From the NCBI GenBank assembly GCA_030535795.1, contig JAUNRE010000001.1, positions 6,801 through 70,800 of the forward strand: a stretch of DNA of 64,000 nt, read 5' to 3'. A program made the translations under genes and the position numbers. The notes below the pieces were generated by a model, which saw nothing but the letters and a program-made list of their open reading frames with translations, made no database searches and was not told where the DNA came from. Positions 10,092-19,607 of the stretch are shown one piece after another; the first letter of the stretch is position 1, and each line of letters opens with the position of its first letter. Source of the DNA: Akkermansia sp. (GTDB taxonomy: Bacteria; Verrucomicrobiota; Verrucomicrobiia; Verrucomicrobiales; Akkermansiaceae).

Positions 10092-10562
10092 ATGAAAAGG
10101 CTATTTCTCTCGGTCGGGGTGTTGTGCGGCGTATTGCTCTGCGCCTGCCAACAACAGCAGATACAACCGTACAAGGGTTATAAGAAAGCGCCTTACACTC
10201 TGAAAGGTGTGCGCTATGTGCCTATGGATGTGCAGACTGCGCTGCATTACCGCGAAGATGGTATCGCTTCGTTTTATGAGGCGGACGGCGCTCGCGGCGC
10301 CATCGGTCAGCGGCTTTACGATGGCCAGTTGTATGCGGCTCATCGCACCCTGCCGCTGCCGTGTCAGGTGCGCATCACCAACCTGACGAACGGCCGCAGT
10401 TGCAAGGCGCGTGTGGCTGACCGCGGACCGTTTATTCACGGGCGGCTTATCGATGTCAGTTCGGCGGTTGCTGAAAAGTTGGGCTTTACTCGCAAGGGGC
10501 TGGAACGCGTGCGGGTTGAGGTGTTGTGGGTAGGCGATGGTAAGTACAAGGTTAAGCCCTGA
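10092..10562 (+). CDS. rlpA: RlpA-like lipoprotein (copy 2)
   Basis: Lipobox LCAC; AAHRTLPLP, DRGPF, RLIDVS. Confidence 0.88.
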   Translation: MKRLFLSVGVLCGVLLCACQQQQIQPYKGYKKAPYTLKGVRYVPMDVQTALHYREDGIASFYEADGARGAIGQRLYDGQLYAAHRTLPLPCQVRITNLTNGRSCKARVADRGPFIHGRLIDVSSAVAEKLGFTRKGLERVRVEVLWVGDGKYKVKP

Positions 10563-10570
10563 TTTTTGCT

Positions 10571-12211
10571 ATGCTATCCGCGCTGAAGCATATACGCCGA
10601 ATTGTGGCGGTGGTGGTGGCTGCACTCTTTGTGCTGAGCCTGTTGGGAATGGTGGCGCCCACGGATGCCCCCTGGCTGTATGGGGTGGAGCGAGTGCAGT
10701 TTGTGCCGGCTCTGCTGGGGGCACTCAACGGTAGCGGCTGGGCCTGCGTGGCGTTAGTGTGCCTGTTGGTGCTCACGCTGTTGTTCGGGCGTGTGTATTG
10801 TTCCTGGCTGTGTCCGCTCGGTATTGCGCAGGACGTGGTGAACCGGCTGGCGCGTCCTCGTACCACTGCGCTGAAAGGTGCGCAGATGCGCTATACCCCC
10901 AACCATTGGGTGGTTCGGTTGGTGGTGTGTGCCGCGGTGTTCGGTACGCTTGCGGGTGGCTGTATCGTGCTGCTCAGCTGGCTGGATCCCTACAGCATTT
11001 CATCGCGTTTTGTAGCCGCTGTCGTCAATCCCATCGTCAGCGGAGAGTGGGGGCGCTATGAGGGGTGGCTGATACTCCTCATTGCGGTGAGCCTGGCTGT
11101 GCCGCTGGGGCTTGCCTGGTGGCGGGGGCGCTTGTATTGCAACACGATTTGTCCGGTCGGAGCCTTGCTGGGGTTGCTGGCTCGCTTCGCTCCATTTGTA
11201 CCGTCCATCGAAACTTCGAAATGCGGGCGCTGTGCCGGCTGTATGCGCGTTTGCAAGGCGCACGCTATCGATTTGAAACATCAACGGGTGGATGCCACTC
11301 GCTGTGTGGGGTGTTACAACTGCGTGTCCGATTGCCCCAAAAATGCCATGAAACTCCGCTTCCGAAACCCTTTTGCACGACAAGGTAGCACCCCCCCTGA
11401 GAAAAAAGCGGCTGCTGAGCAACCCGCAGATTCTTCCCGCCGAGCTTTCCTGGGGCTGAGTGCTCTCACTCTGGCTACTGCGGCCGTGCCGGAAGTGCGG
11501 GGAAACGACCATACGGCCTCGGCTGCTGTGCCGCCCGGTGCCGGAAGCGTGGAGCGTTTGCTGAGCCGCTGCACGGGATGTGGCCTGTGCATGACGACAT
11601 GCCCCACAGGGGTGCTGCGCCCGGCTTTTCTGGTGCATGGCATGCGTGGCATGATGAAGCCGTGGCTGGACTACACACGCGGTTACTGTGCGTATGACTG
11701 CCATGCCTGTTCGTCTGCCTGTCCCGAGGGGGCTTTGATGCCGCTTTCTCTTGCCGAAAAACGGAAAATTCAGATTGGGCAGGTTGTTTTCACGCAAAAG
11801 AACTGTCGTGTATGGAGCACGGGTGAGCCTTGCGGTAAGTGCATTGGCACCTGTCCGACCGGAGCCTTGAAAGAGGTGAAAGCTCCCTCGGTGGATGCGG
11901 ATAAGTGTGTGGGGTGTCGCCGCTGTGCCCGCAAGTGCCCGCAGGGGGCGATTTCGCTGGTGGAGCTGCCTGACCGCGTACGCCCCAACGGGAAGCCGAA
12001 ACCCTTGCCGGTGATTGATTACAGCAAGTGTGTGGCGTGTGGTGAATGCTTTGCGGCCTGCCGACACGATGCGCTGGATGCCCGTGCTCTGCGTGCTCCG
12101 GCAGTGGATGCCGCGGCCTGCACAGGGTGCGGTGCCTGTTCTCATGCCTGCCCGGCAGAACCTGCCGCGCTGTCTGTTACCCCATTATCTGAACATCGAA
12201 CTCTCTCTTGA
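10571..12211 (+). CDS. Membrane polyferredoxin (NapH/MauN-like fused to MauM/NapG-like)
   Basis: GRVYCSWLCPLG and YCNTICPVG motifs, many CxxCxxCxxxCP motifs, internal SRRAFL. Confidence 0.85.
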   Translation: MLSALKHIRRIVAVVVAALFVLSLLGMVAPTDAPWLYGVERVQFVPALLGALNGSGWACVALVCLLVLTLLFGRVYCSWLCPLGIAQDVVNRLARPRTTALKGAQMRYTPNHWVVRLVVCAAVFGTLAGGCIVLLSWLDPYSISSRFVAAVVNPIVSGEWGRYEGWLILLIAVSLAVPLGLAWWRGRLYCNTICPVGALLGLLARFAPFVPSIETSKCGRCAGCMRVCKAHAIDLKHQRVDATRCVGCYNCVSDCPKNAMKLRFRNPFARQGSTPPEKKAAAEQPADSSRRAFLGLSALTLATAAVPEVRGNDHTASAAVPPGAGSVERLLSRCTGCGLCMTTCPTGVLRPAFLVHGMRGMMKPWLDYTRGYCAYDCHACSSACPEGALMPLSLAEKRKIQIGQVVFTQKNCRVWSTGEPCGKCIGTCPTGALKEVKAPSVDADKCVGCRRCARKCPQGAISLVELPDRVRPNGKPKPLPVIDYSKCVACGECFAACRHDALDARALRAPAVDAAACTGCGACSHACPAEPAALSVTPLSEHRTLS

Positions 12212-12219
12212 ATATCTGT

Positions 12220-13506
12220 ATGAAACGACGTGATTTCTTTCTGAATTCCTTGCTGGCTCTGGGTGGGCTGGCTGCGACGGCTGCCGGTGCCGAAGAACTG
12301 CGCGAAACTCGCACGGCCGGTAAGATGACGCGCCGCAATATGCCGGGCGGCCCGGCGTTGCCCATGCTGGGCTATGGGCTGATGCGCATGCCCAAGGTAG
12401 CTGCCGGCGGTAGTACCATCAATCGGGAGGAGGCGGCTCGCCTGCTTGATGTCGCGATGAAAAACGGCGTGAATTACTTCGATACAGCCTACATGTACCA
12501 TGGCGGCGACAGCGAAAAAATGGTGGGTGATTTGCTGAGCAAGTATCCGCGTGCAAGCTATTATCTGGCGGATAAGATGCCCCTGGGGTATTTGCGAAAG
12601 AAGGAAGATTTGGAGCGGATTTTCAACGAGCAGTTGGAGCGTACCAAGGCCGGTTATTTCGATTTTTACCTCATGCACAACGTCAGCCGCCATACCTGGA
12701 AAGTGGCTCAGAAACTGGGTGTGTGGGAATATATGAAAAAGCTGAAGGCTGAGGGTAAGGTGCGGCATATCGGTTTTTCTTTCCACGATACGCCTGAGCT
12801 GTTGCAGGAGGTGGTGGATACCCTGAAAAATGACGGCCTGGAGTTTGCGCAGATTCAGCTTAATTACCTGGATTGGGATATCTACCGTTCGGAGGAACAA
12901 TACAACATCCTCACCAAAGCCGGGATTCCCGTCATCGTGATGGAGCCGTTGCGTGGTGGCGTGCTGGCCACCATCAATGAAGCCGGGCGTAAGGTGCTGG
13001 CTGATGCCTCGCCGTCCGGCACCCCGGCTCAGTGGGCTTTCCGCTTTGTCGGCTCTCTGCCCAATGTGCTGGTGACGCTTTCCGGTATGACCCGCATGGA
13101 GCACCTGGTGGAGAATATTGATACCTTCTCCGACTTCGCGCCGTTGTCTGCGGCTGAACGCAAAACGCTTGATGCGGCGCTTGTTGCCTACCGCTCGGGG
13201 CTGGGTGTGCCCTGTACGGGGTGCCGCTATTGCATGCCCTGCCCGGAGGGGGTGGATATACCGCGTATTTTCGGACTGCATAATCAATACAAAGCTACCG
13301 GCAACCGCTGGATGTTTGAAAGCGCCTACAAGGGGCTGGGGGCTCAGCATGATGCCTCCGCCTGCATTTACTGCGAGCTTTGTGTCGAGCAGTGCCCGCA
13401 GCATATCAATATACCGGATGAGCTGGCTCGCATTCATGCCGATGTTTCGGGGGATGCTGCTTTGCATCCGGCCGTGCGCGAGTATCTGGCTGCTTTGGGC
13501 GAGTAA
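12220..13506 (+). CDS. Aldo/keto reductase with C-terminal 4Fe-4S domain and twin-arginine-like N-terminus
   Basis: MKRRDFF; LGYGLMRMP, FDTAYMY, GFSFH, MEPLRGG, CTGCRYCMPCP. Confidence 0.9.
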   Translation: MKRRDFFLNSLLALGGLAATAAGAEELRETRTAGKMTRRNMPGGPALPMLGYGLMRMPKVAAGGSTINREEAARLLDVAMKNGVNYFDTAYMYHGGDSEKMVGDLLSKYPRASYYLADKMPLGYLRKKEDLERIFNEQLERTKAGYFDFYLMHNVSRHTWKVAQKLGVWEYMKKLKAEGKVRHIGFSFHDTPELLQEVVDTLKNDGLEFAQIQLNYLDWDIYRSEEQYNILTKAGIPVIVMEPLRGGVLATINEAGRKVLADASPSGTPAQWAFRFVGSLPNVLVTLSGMTRMEHLVENIDTFSDFAPLSAAERKTLDAALVAYRSGLGVPCTGCRYCMPCPEGVDIPRIFGLHNQYKATGNRWMFESAYKGLGAQHDASACIYCELCVEQCPQHINIPDELARIHADVSGDAALHPAVREYLAALGE

Positions 13507-13601
13507 ATGAGCCCCATTTCGGTAAAAAATCAAATAAGACACGCAAACATATCATTTCACGCTTGCCCTCAAGGGGGCAGGCGTGCTATTATACATGAGT
13601 C

Positions 13602-14564
13602 ATGAGATTAAATCTGCATCTGCTTTTGTGTATGGTGGCTGTGCTGCCGCTGACCATGTGTCAAAGTAACAGTGAGCTGTTGCCGGCCGGGGCTATGAAG
13701 GCGTCTGACCCGGAGGCTGATGGCATGCTGAATGAAGCCAAGCGTTTAGTCGCTCAGAATGAGTTGTCTGACGCTCGCAGCATCCTGAGAGATCTTGTGC
13801 GGAATCATGACTTGGCTCCCTGCGCCCCCGAAGCCCGCCTGTTACTCGGCGAGGTGTACCAGAAACAGGGGCTGCCCCGCGATGCTTTCGATGAATACGA
13901 AAAGGTGGTTACCCGTTACCAGAGCAGCCCGCTCTATACCACCGCGTTGCAGCGCCAGCTGGCTCTCGCAATGTCGGCTGCTCAGGGTGAGCTGAAAGTG
14001 GGCGTGCTGGGTATGTGGCGCTCGGAGCTCGACAGCAGCGCCGTGGAGAAATGGCTCTCCAGCGTCATCACCAATGCCCCGTACAATGATATGGCCGCCA
14101 CCGCTATGCTGGTGCTTGCTCAGTACCATGTCCGTAAGGAAAATTACGACAATGCCATCGCTGCTTACACGCGCCTGGTGGAGCGTTACCCCGAGAGCCG
14201 CTATGCGCCCGAGGCTCAGCTGATGGTCGCTCAGCTCTGGGCCGGCAGCGTGACCCGCGGCAGCCAGAATATGGCCAACCTGAGCCGCGCTCAGGAGGCT
14301 TACGAGGAGTTCTCCCTGCGCTTCCCCAAGCATAAGGATGCCGGTAAGGCGCTCACCGAGGTTTCTAACCTCCGCCGCCTCATGGTGCAGCAGGAGCTCG
14401 ATGTGGGCCGCTACTATCTGGAGCGCTCCCGCGAGTATGTGTCAGCCGCATTCTGCTTCGAGAATGTTATCCGCCAGAAGGATATTAACCCCCAGGCTGC
14501 AAAGGAGGCTCAGACTCTTCTGCAGAAAGCAAAACAACTTCTCAATACTCGCAAGGCATCATGA
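13602..14564 (+). CDS. bamD: Outer membrane assembly factor BamD-like TPR lipoprotein
   Basis: Lipoprotein signal, TPRs with YP.S motifs, ELDVGRYY; adjacent to lptE. Confidence 0.75.
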   Translation: MRLNLHLLLCMVAVLPLTMCQSNSELLPAGAMKASDPEADGMLNEAKRLVAQNELSDARSILRDLVRNHDLAPCAPEARLLLGEVYQKQGLPRDAFDEYEKVVTRYQSSPLYTTALQRQLALAMSAAQGELKVGVLGMWRSELDSSAVEKWLSSVITNAPYNDMAATAMLVLAQYHVRKENYDNAIAAYTRLVERYPESRYAPEAQLMVAQLWAGSVTRGSQNMANLSRAQEAYEEFSLRFPKHKDAGKALTEVSNLRRLMVQQELDVGRYYLERSREYVSAAFCFENVIRQKDINPQAAKEAQTLLQKAKQLLNTRKAS

Positions 14565-15070
14565 AAAAGCTCATTCAACTGACTGCACTTCTGGCACCCC
14601 TGACTCTGGCCTCCTGCGGCTACACGCTGGGCGGGTTTGCCAGCCCCCGGATGGAGGGCATGAAGACGTTCTCCGTCAACATGTTCGAGAATCACACCGT
14701 GTATCCGAATGTCGCGATGCAGGTTACCTCTGCCGTGGGTAATTCCATGCAGACGGACGGCACATTCACCATGGCTCCTTCTTCTACGGCGGATTTCACG
14801 ATATCCGGGACAGTGCGTGACGTTGATTATGATCGCCTGCTGGTGGATTGGCGCGATTCCTACCAGAGCCTGGAAGTCGCCGTAAGGGTTCAGGTGGAGT
14901 ACTCCATTGTTGACAACAAGACCGGTAAGACTATCAGTAGCGGCACCTTGTCCGCCTCCGGTAGCTTCTTCAACACGGGGGGGAACACCCAGCTTGGACG
15001 AGATGCCGCTTTGTCGTATGCTGCACGCAAGGTCGGTGATCAGCTCGTTTCTCGCCTTACATCGCTATGA
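14561..15070 (+). CDS. lptE: LPS assembly lipoprotein LptE-like
   Basis: LASCGYTLG lipobox, FENHT, AD..ISG. Confidence 0.8.
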   Translation: MKKLIQLTALLAPLTLASCGYTLGGFASPRMEGMKTFSVNMFENHTVYPNVAMQVTSAVGNSMQTDGTFTMAPSSTADFTISGTVRDVDYDRLLVDWRDSYQSLEVAVRVQVEYSIVDNKTGKTISSGTLSASGSFFNTGGNTQLGRDAALSYAARKVGDQLVSRLTSL

Positions 15071-15768
15071 TTTCCTACCCCGTCAGTTTTGTCGGGTTAC
15101 CCATCGGCAATCGAGAAGATATAACCCGCCGCGCGCTGGAGGTGCTCGGCGGGGTCGATTGTATATGCTGCGAGGATACGCGTAATACCGGAATGCTGCT
15201 CAGCCACTACGGTATCAAAAAGCCCTTGCTGAGCCTGCATGAGCACAACGAGAGCGCACGCGCCCCGGAGGTGGCCGCGCGTGCCCTGGCCGGCGAGACC
15301 TTTGCCGTGGTGACGGATGCCGGGATGCCCGGCGTGTCGGATCCCGGCTACCGTCTGATTCAGGAACTGAAGGCTCGCGAGGTGGCGTTCACCGTGTTGC
15401 CCGGCCCCTCGGCCGTGGTGACGGCTCTGGTGGGGTCCGGGTTGCCTAGCGATGCCTTTTTCTTCGGCGGCTTTCTGCCGGTGAAGTCGGGTAAAAAAGG
15501 GCAGGTGCTACAGGCTGCTCTCGCCGCCTCTCATACCAGTATTTTTTATGAGTCTCCCTATCGCATTGTGAAGACGGTTAAGGCGATAGCTGAGCTGGAT
15601 GCTGCGGCTCCCGTGTGCGTGGCACGCGAGCTGACCAAGGTGTTTGAGACGTACCACCGTGGCAGTGCCGCACAGCTGGCGGCAGAGTTTGAAGCCCGCC
15701 CGCCCAAGGGGGAAATGGTGCTGCTGATAGGTGGTACCAACGCCCCGCGTGCTGCCGCCGAGCTCTGA
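15067..15768 (+). CDS. rsmI: 16S rRNA C1402 2'-O-methyltransferase
   Basis: PIGN, CEDTR, DAGMPGVSDPG, YESPYR, RELTKVFE, KGE. Confidence 0.95.
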   Translation: MISYPVSFVGLPIGNREDITRRALEVLGGVDCICCEDTRNTGMLLSHYGIKKPLLSLHEHNESARAPEVAARALAGETFAVVTDAGMPGVSDPGYRLIQELKAREVAFTVLPGPSAVVTALVGSGLPSDAFFFGGFLPVKSGKKGQVLQAALAASHTSIFYESPYRIVKTVKAIAELDAAAPVCVARELTKVFETYHRGSAAQLAAEFEARPPKGEMVLLIGGTNAPRAAAEL

Positions 15769-15825
15769 TGACACGCACTGCACGCAAAAAAGTGTGCAGA
15801 CGCGTGATTTTCAGTAAAAAAAGGC

Positions 15826-15854
15826 TTGCCATGCGGGGTAAGAAAAGGTACAAT
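15826..15854 (+). promoter_or_regulatory. rpsA promoter TTGCCA-N17-TACAAT
   Basis: Consensus-like boxes 100 nt upstream of the rpsA ATG. Confidence 0.7.
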
Positions 15855-15954
15855 CGCGCACCGCTATTCCGCCCGGTGGTGTACAGGCGCCCCGATAATC
15901 ACCGGCGTAGGGGCCTCGAGGAGTCGCGGCAACATATTAACCAAAACATTAAAA

Positions 15955-17640
15955 ATGAGTATTTCTGAACTGGAGGCTTTGATTAATTCCAAGCTTCCGT
16001 CTTTCCGTCCGGGTGATATCGTTAACGGTACCATCCTTGAGATTCGCCCGCAGGTTGTTCTCGTAGACATCGGCTACAAGTCCGAAGGTGTCATTTCCAT
16101 CTCCGAGTTTGAGGATGAGGAAATTGAGGTTGGTGACCAGATTGAGGTGCTCCTCGAGAAGCTTGAGAACGAAGAAGGTCTTGTCGTGCTTTCCAAGGAG
16201 AAGGCCGCCCACAAGCAGAACTGGGACAAGATTGTGGCCGTTTACAAGGATGGCGGCCTCGTGAAGGGTAAGGTCAAGAGCGTCGTGAAGGGTGGCCTCA
16301 TGGTCAACGTCGGCGTGGAGGCTTTCCTTCCCGGTTCCCAGGTGGACATCATTCCTCCCAAGGATCTCAACGAGTTCGTGGGCAACGTATACGAGTTCAA
16401 GATCGTCAAGGTCAACGACGAGCGCAAGAACATCGTGCTCTCCCGCCGCGAGGTTATCGAGGCAGAGCGCAGCGAGCAGCGTCAGCGCTTCCTGGAGACC
16501 GTTAAGGTTGGCGACCGCGTGACCGGTACCGTGAAGAACATCACCGACTTCGGTGCCTTCGTGGACCTCTCCGGCATGGACGGCCTGCTGCACATCACCG
16601 ACATGAGCTGGGGCCGTGTGAACCACCCCTCCGAGCTGCTCCACATCGGTCAGGAGCTCGACGTGCTCATCCTCGAGGTGGATCGCGACAAGGAGCGCGT
16701 TTCCCTGGGTCTCAAGCAGCTTTCCGACAACCCCTGGGCAGACATCGAGCAGAAGTACCCCATCAACTCCCGCGTCAAGGGCCGCGTCACCAAGCTTCTC
16801 GCTTACGGTGCTTTCGTGGAGCTCGAGAAGGGCGTGGAGGGTCTTGTACACGTCTCCGAGCTGTCCTGGACCAAGCGCATTACTCGTCCCTCCGATGTCC
16901 TGTCTCTCGACCAGGAAATCGAGGCCGTTGTGCTCAACATCTCCGTGGAGGAGCAGAAGATTTCCCTCGGCGTTCGTCAGCTCGACGAGAATCCCTGGGA
17001 GGCTATCGAGGCTCGTTTCCCCGTGGGTACCGTTATCTCCGGTGCTGTGCGTAACCTCACTCCCTACGGTGCCTTCGTGGCTCTCGAGGAGGGTATCGAC
17101 GGCATGATTCACGTGTCCGATATGAGCTGGACCCGCAAGATCAACCACCCCTCCGAGGTTCTCAAGAAGGGCGACGTTGTGGAGGCTCGTGTGCTCAACA
17201 TCGACAAGGAGAACCAGCGCGTATCTCTCGGCATCAAGCAGCTTGAGAGCGACCCGTGGGAGAGCATCGACAACCGCTTCAAGGTGGGCGACCTCGTTTC
17301 CGGTCAGGTGGCCAAGATTGCTTCCTTCGGTGCCTTCGTCAACCTCGACGGCGACATCGACGGCCTCATCCACATCTCCCAGCTTTCCGAGGAGCACGTG
17401 GAGCGCGTGAAGGACGTCATCAAGGTGGGCGACGAAATCAAGGCTCGCGTCATCAAGGTCGACAAGGTGGAGCGCCGCATCGGTCTTTCCATCAAGGCTG
17501 TGAACTACGATCCCGAGCAGCTGCGTCGCGAGACCGCCGCTTTCGAGACCGTTCGCGCCGGCGACATGGTGGGTCTGGAGCAGGCCTTCAACCTCGCTGC
17601 CCTGCAGGCCGAGGAGTGGAGCCCCTCCGAGCAGAAGTAA
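15955..17640 (+). CDS. rpsA: 30S ribosomal protein S1
   Basis: Six S1 repeats (FGAFVDL..DGLLHITDMSW); strong codon bias. Confidence 0.98.
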   Translation: MSISELEALINSKLPSFRPGDIVNGTILEIRPQVVLVDIGYKSEGVISISEFEDEEIEVGDQIEVLLEKLENEEGLVVLSKEKAAHKQNWDKIVAVYKDGGLVKGKVKSVVKGGLMVNVGVEAFLPGSQVDIIPPKDLNEFVGNVYEFKIVKVNDERKNIVLSRREVIEAERSEQRQRFLETVKVGDRVTGTVKNITDFGAFVDLSGMDGLLHITDMSWGRVNHPSELLHIGQELDVLILEVDRDKERVSLGLKQLSDNPWADIEQKYPINSRVKGRVTKLLAYGAFVELEKGVEGLVHVSELSWTKRITRPSDVLSLDQEIEAVVLNISVEEQKISLGVRQLDENPWEAIEARFPVGTVISGAVRNLTPYGAFVALEEGIDGMIHVSDMSWTRKINHPSEVLKKGDVVEARVLNIDKENQRVSLGIKQLESDPWESIDNRFKVGDLVSGQVAKIASFGAFVNLDGDIDGLIHISQLSEEHVERVKDVIKVGDEIKARVIKVDKVERRIGLSIKAVNYDPEQLRRETAAFETVRAGDMVGLEQAFNLAALQAEEWSPSEQK

Positions 17641-17663
17641 TCTGCCGAATTCCCGCAAACTTC

Positions 17664-17700
17664 TTTCCGCTCTGCTGCTCATGCGGCAGAGCGGAAATTG
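17664..17700 (+). terminator. Terminator hairpin after rpsA
   Basis: TTTCCGCTCTGCTGC / GCGGCAGAGCGGAAA. Confidence 0.75.
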
Positions 17701-17742
17701 TGTCTTGACATCCGGCTCTGTCTGAAGTAGACTACCCCGCAC

Positions 17743-18489
17743 ATGGAATCTCTCCCCAGACAGACTATATTCGGAATTCCGTATGTTGTGGCCGAGCTGG
17801 CTGAGGCCGGTGAGCATTTGGCGCAGCTTGCCGCTACTACGAAAGAGCCCAGGCTTGTGGCTCATTCGGATGTCCATGTGCTCACACGTATGCTGCACGA
17901 GGCCGATTATGGGGACGGAATGAAGTCCTTTCATTATATATGCCCGGATGGTATGCCGATAGTTTGGCTCCTGCGGCGCAAAGGTGTCGGAGCCGCTCGC
18001 CTGTATGGGCCGGATATGATGGAGACGGTGTGGGATTGCGGGCGTCGGCACGGGCTTCGGCACTATCTGCTGGGTGGGAGCGATGAAGCCATTGCATTGC
18101 TGCGTGAAAAGTTTGCGGCTCGTTTTCCCGGGGTACAGGTAGTCGACCACTACTGCCCGCCCATGGGGCAGTGGCCCGATGGTGAGAACGAGGCGATATG
18201 CCGCCGCATCGCTGAAAGCGGGGCAAACTGCGTGTGGGTGGCATTGGGGTGCCCTAAGCAGGAGCGCTGGCTGTTCAGCAATCTGCCGCAGCTACCGCCT
18301 GCCGTCTATTTCGGCGTGGGCGCTGCCTTCAACTTCCATGCAGGCCTGGTGAGCCAGGCTCCCCTCTGGATTCGCTCGCACGGCCTGGAGTGGCTCTACC
18401 GTCTCTGCTGTGAGCCACGCCGTCTCTTTAAGCGTTATCTTGTGCATAACAGCCGTTTTCTCTGGTACTGTCTTACCCGCAAAATCTGA
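17743..18489 (+). CDS. WecB/TagA/CpsF family glycosyltransferase (GT26)
   Basis: PDGMPIVW, GPD, VALGCPKQE, VGAAFNF, GLEWLYRL..EPRRL. Confidence 0.93.
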   Translation: MESLPRQTIFGIPYVVAELAEAGEHLAQLAATTKEPRLVAHSDVHVLTRMLHEADYGDGMKSFHYICPDGMPIVWLLRRKGVGAARLYGPDMMETVWDCGRRHGLRHYLLGGSDEAIALLREKFAARFPGVQVVDHYCPPMGQWPDGENEAICRRIAESGANCVWVALGCPKQERWLFSNLPQLPPAVYFGVGAAFNFHAGLVSQAPLWIRSHGLEWLYRLCCEPRRLFKRYLVHNSRFLWYCLTRKI

Positions 18490-18515
18490 CCTCGTCATCC
18501 CAACTACTCGATAGC

Positions 18516-19064
18516 ATGCAAACGGAACGAATGAATGACAACTCTGTGCTCCCGGCTCGCAGGAAAAGCTGCGATTCCTTTGAGTCGGCAACGTCGCCTT
18601 GCGAGAATGTGAGTCGCGTATTCGACGCGTTTCTGAGGCGGGATAGAGCCGGGTTTGAAGCTGCGCTGGCAGAAGGGCTGACCCCGAATGCTACGGATAG
18701 CGAGGGTAACACGCTGTGGGATTACTGCGATGGATGGGAGTCGTGTCGCTATCTTCTGGCTCATGGCCTGAATCCTAACCTGCGGAATAGGCATGGCGCC
18801 ATTTCTCTCCATTGTGCCGATGATGCTGTGAGCGTGGTGTTACTCGTAGCTGCCGGTGCTGATGTGAACGCGGCTGATGCTAAAGGAACTACGCCTCTTC
18901 ATCATGCGGTGGGGCGTGCCGATGACGTCGTTGCGGCTCTGTTGGCGGCCGGCGCTGATGCTCATGCGCGTAACGTTGATGGGCGAACACCGCTCGATAT
19001 GACCGATGAATATTGGGGGATGGAAGCGATACGCGCCATGCTGCTGGCAGCCATGCAAAAATGA
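18516..19064 (+). CDS. Ankyrin-repeat protein
   Basis: GADVNAADAKGTTPLHHA and GRTPLD repeats. Confidence 0.85.
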   Translation: MQTERMNDNSVLPARRKSCDSFESATSPCENVSRVFDAFLRRDRAGFEAALAEGLTPNATDSEGNTLWDYCDGWESCRYLLAHGLNPNLRNRHGAISLHCADDAVSVVLLVAAGADVNAADAKGTTPLHHAVGRADDVVAALLAAGADAHARNVDGRTPLDMTDEYWGMEAIRAMLLAAMQK

Positions 19065-19119
19065 TTCAGTACGCGCTTTTGGCTTGTCTTGCTCGGAGCA
19101 GGGGGGTATGATGCAGCGT

Positions 19120-19551
19120 ATGCGTATGAGAACTCCTATTCTTGCTCTTGTTTGTTTGGCTCTGGCTTCCTGTGCCGGAAAGAAAGATTTTACCATTCGT
19201 ACCGTACCGGTGGATGGTGCTGTCGTTCACATTAACGGTAAGCGAATTGCCGGGTGCACTCCTGTGACGACGGAGATTTCGCAGGATAAGGACCTCGGTA
19301 TCGTGGTGGAAAAGCCCGGCTATAAGGTTGCCTCCCATACCGTGAGAACTCAGGTCAGCTGGTGGGGGGAACTGCTGTGGACAGAGGATGACCCCTGGGC
19401 CAAATACATTGAGGAAGATGAGGTGACGATACCTCTGGAGCGGCTGAGCACCATCAACTCGTACACCCCCACGACTCTGCCCCGTTTTTCTCCGCCTCCT
19501 GCCGCGATTCAGGCTGCTCCGGCTCTTCGTCCGCTGCCTCGGGGATTCTGA
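19120..19551 (+). CDS. PEGA-domain lipoprotein
   Basis: LASC lipobox; TVP..GAVVHING...TP, VEKPGY. Start 19120 or 19126. Confidence 0.75.
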   Translation: MRMRTPILALVCLALASCAGKKDFTIRTVPVDGAVVHINGKRIAGCTPVTTEISQDKDLGIVVEKPGYKVASHTVRTQVSWWGELLWTEDDPWAKYIEEDEVTIPLERLSTINSYTPTTLPRFSPPPAAIQAAPALRPLPRGF

Positions 19552-19607
19552 CGCGCGCTGTTATTGTTTAGCATTGACACCGGGCTTGTCAACGTGTAAA
19601 CTGAGGT

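Noticed and set aside
15949-18150. 733-aa antisense ORF over rpsA
   Set aside because: Shadow ORF produced by the strong codon bias of the real gene; no motifs
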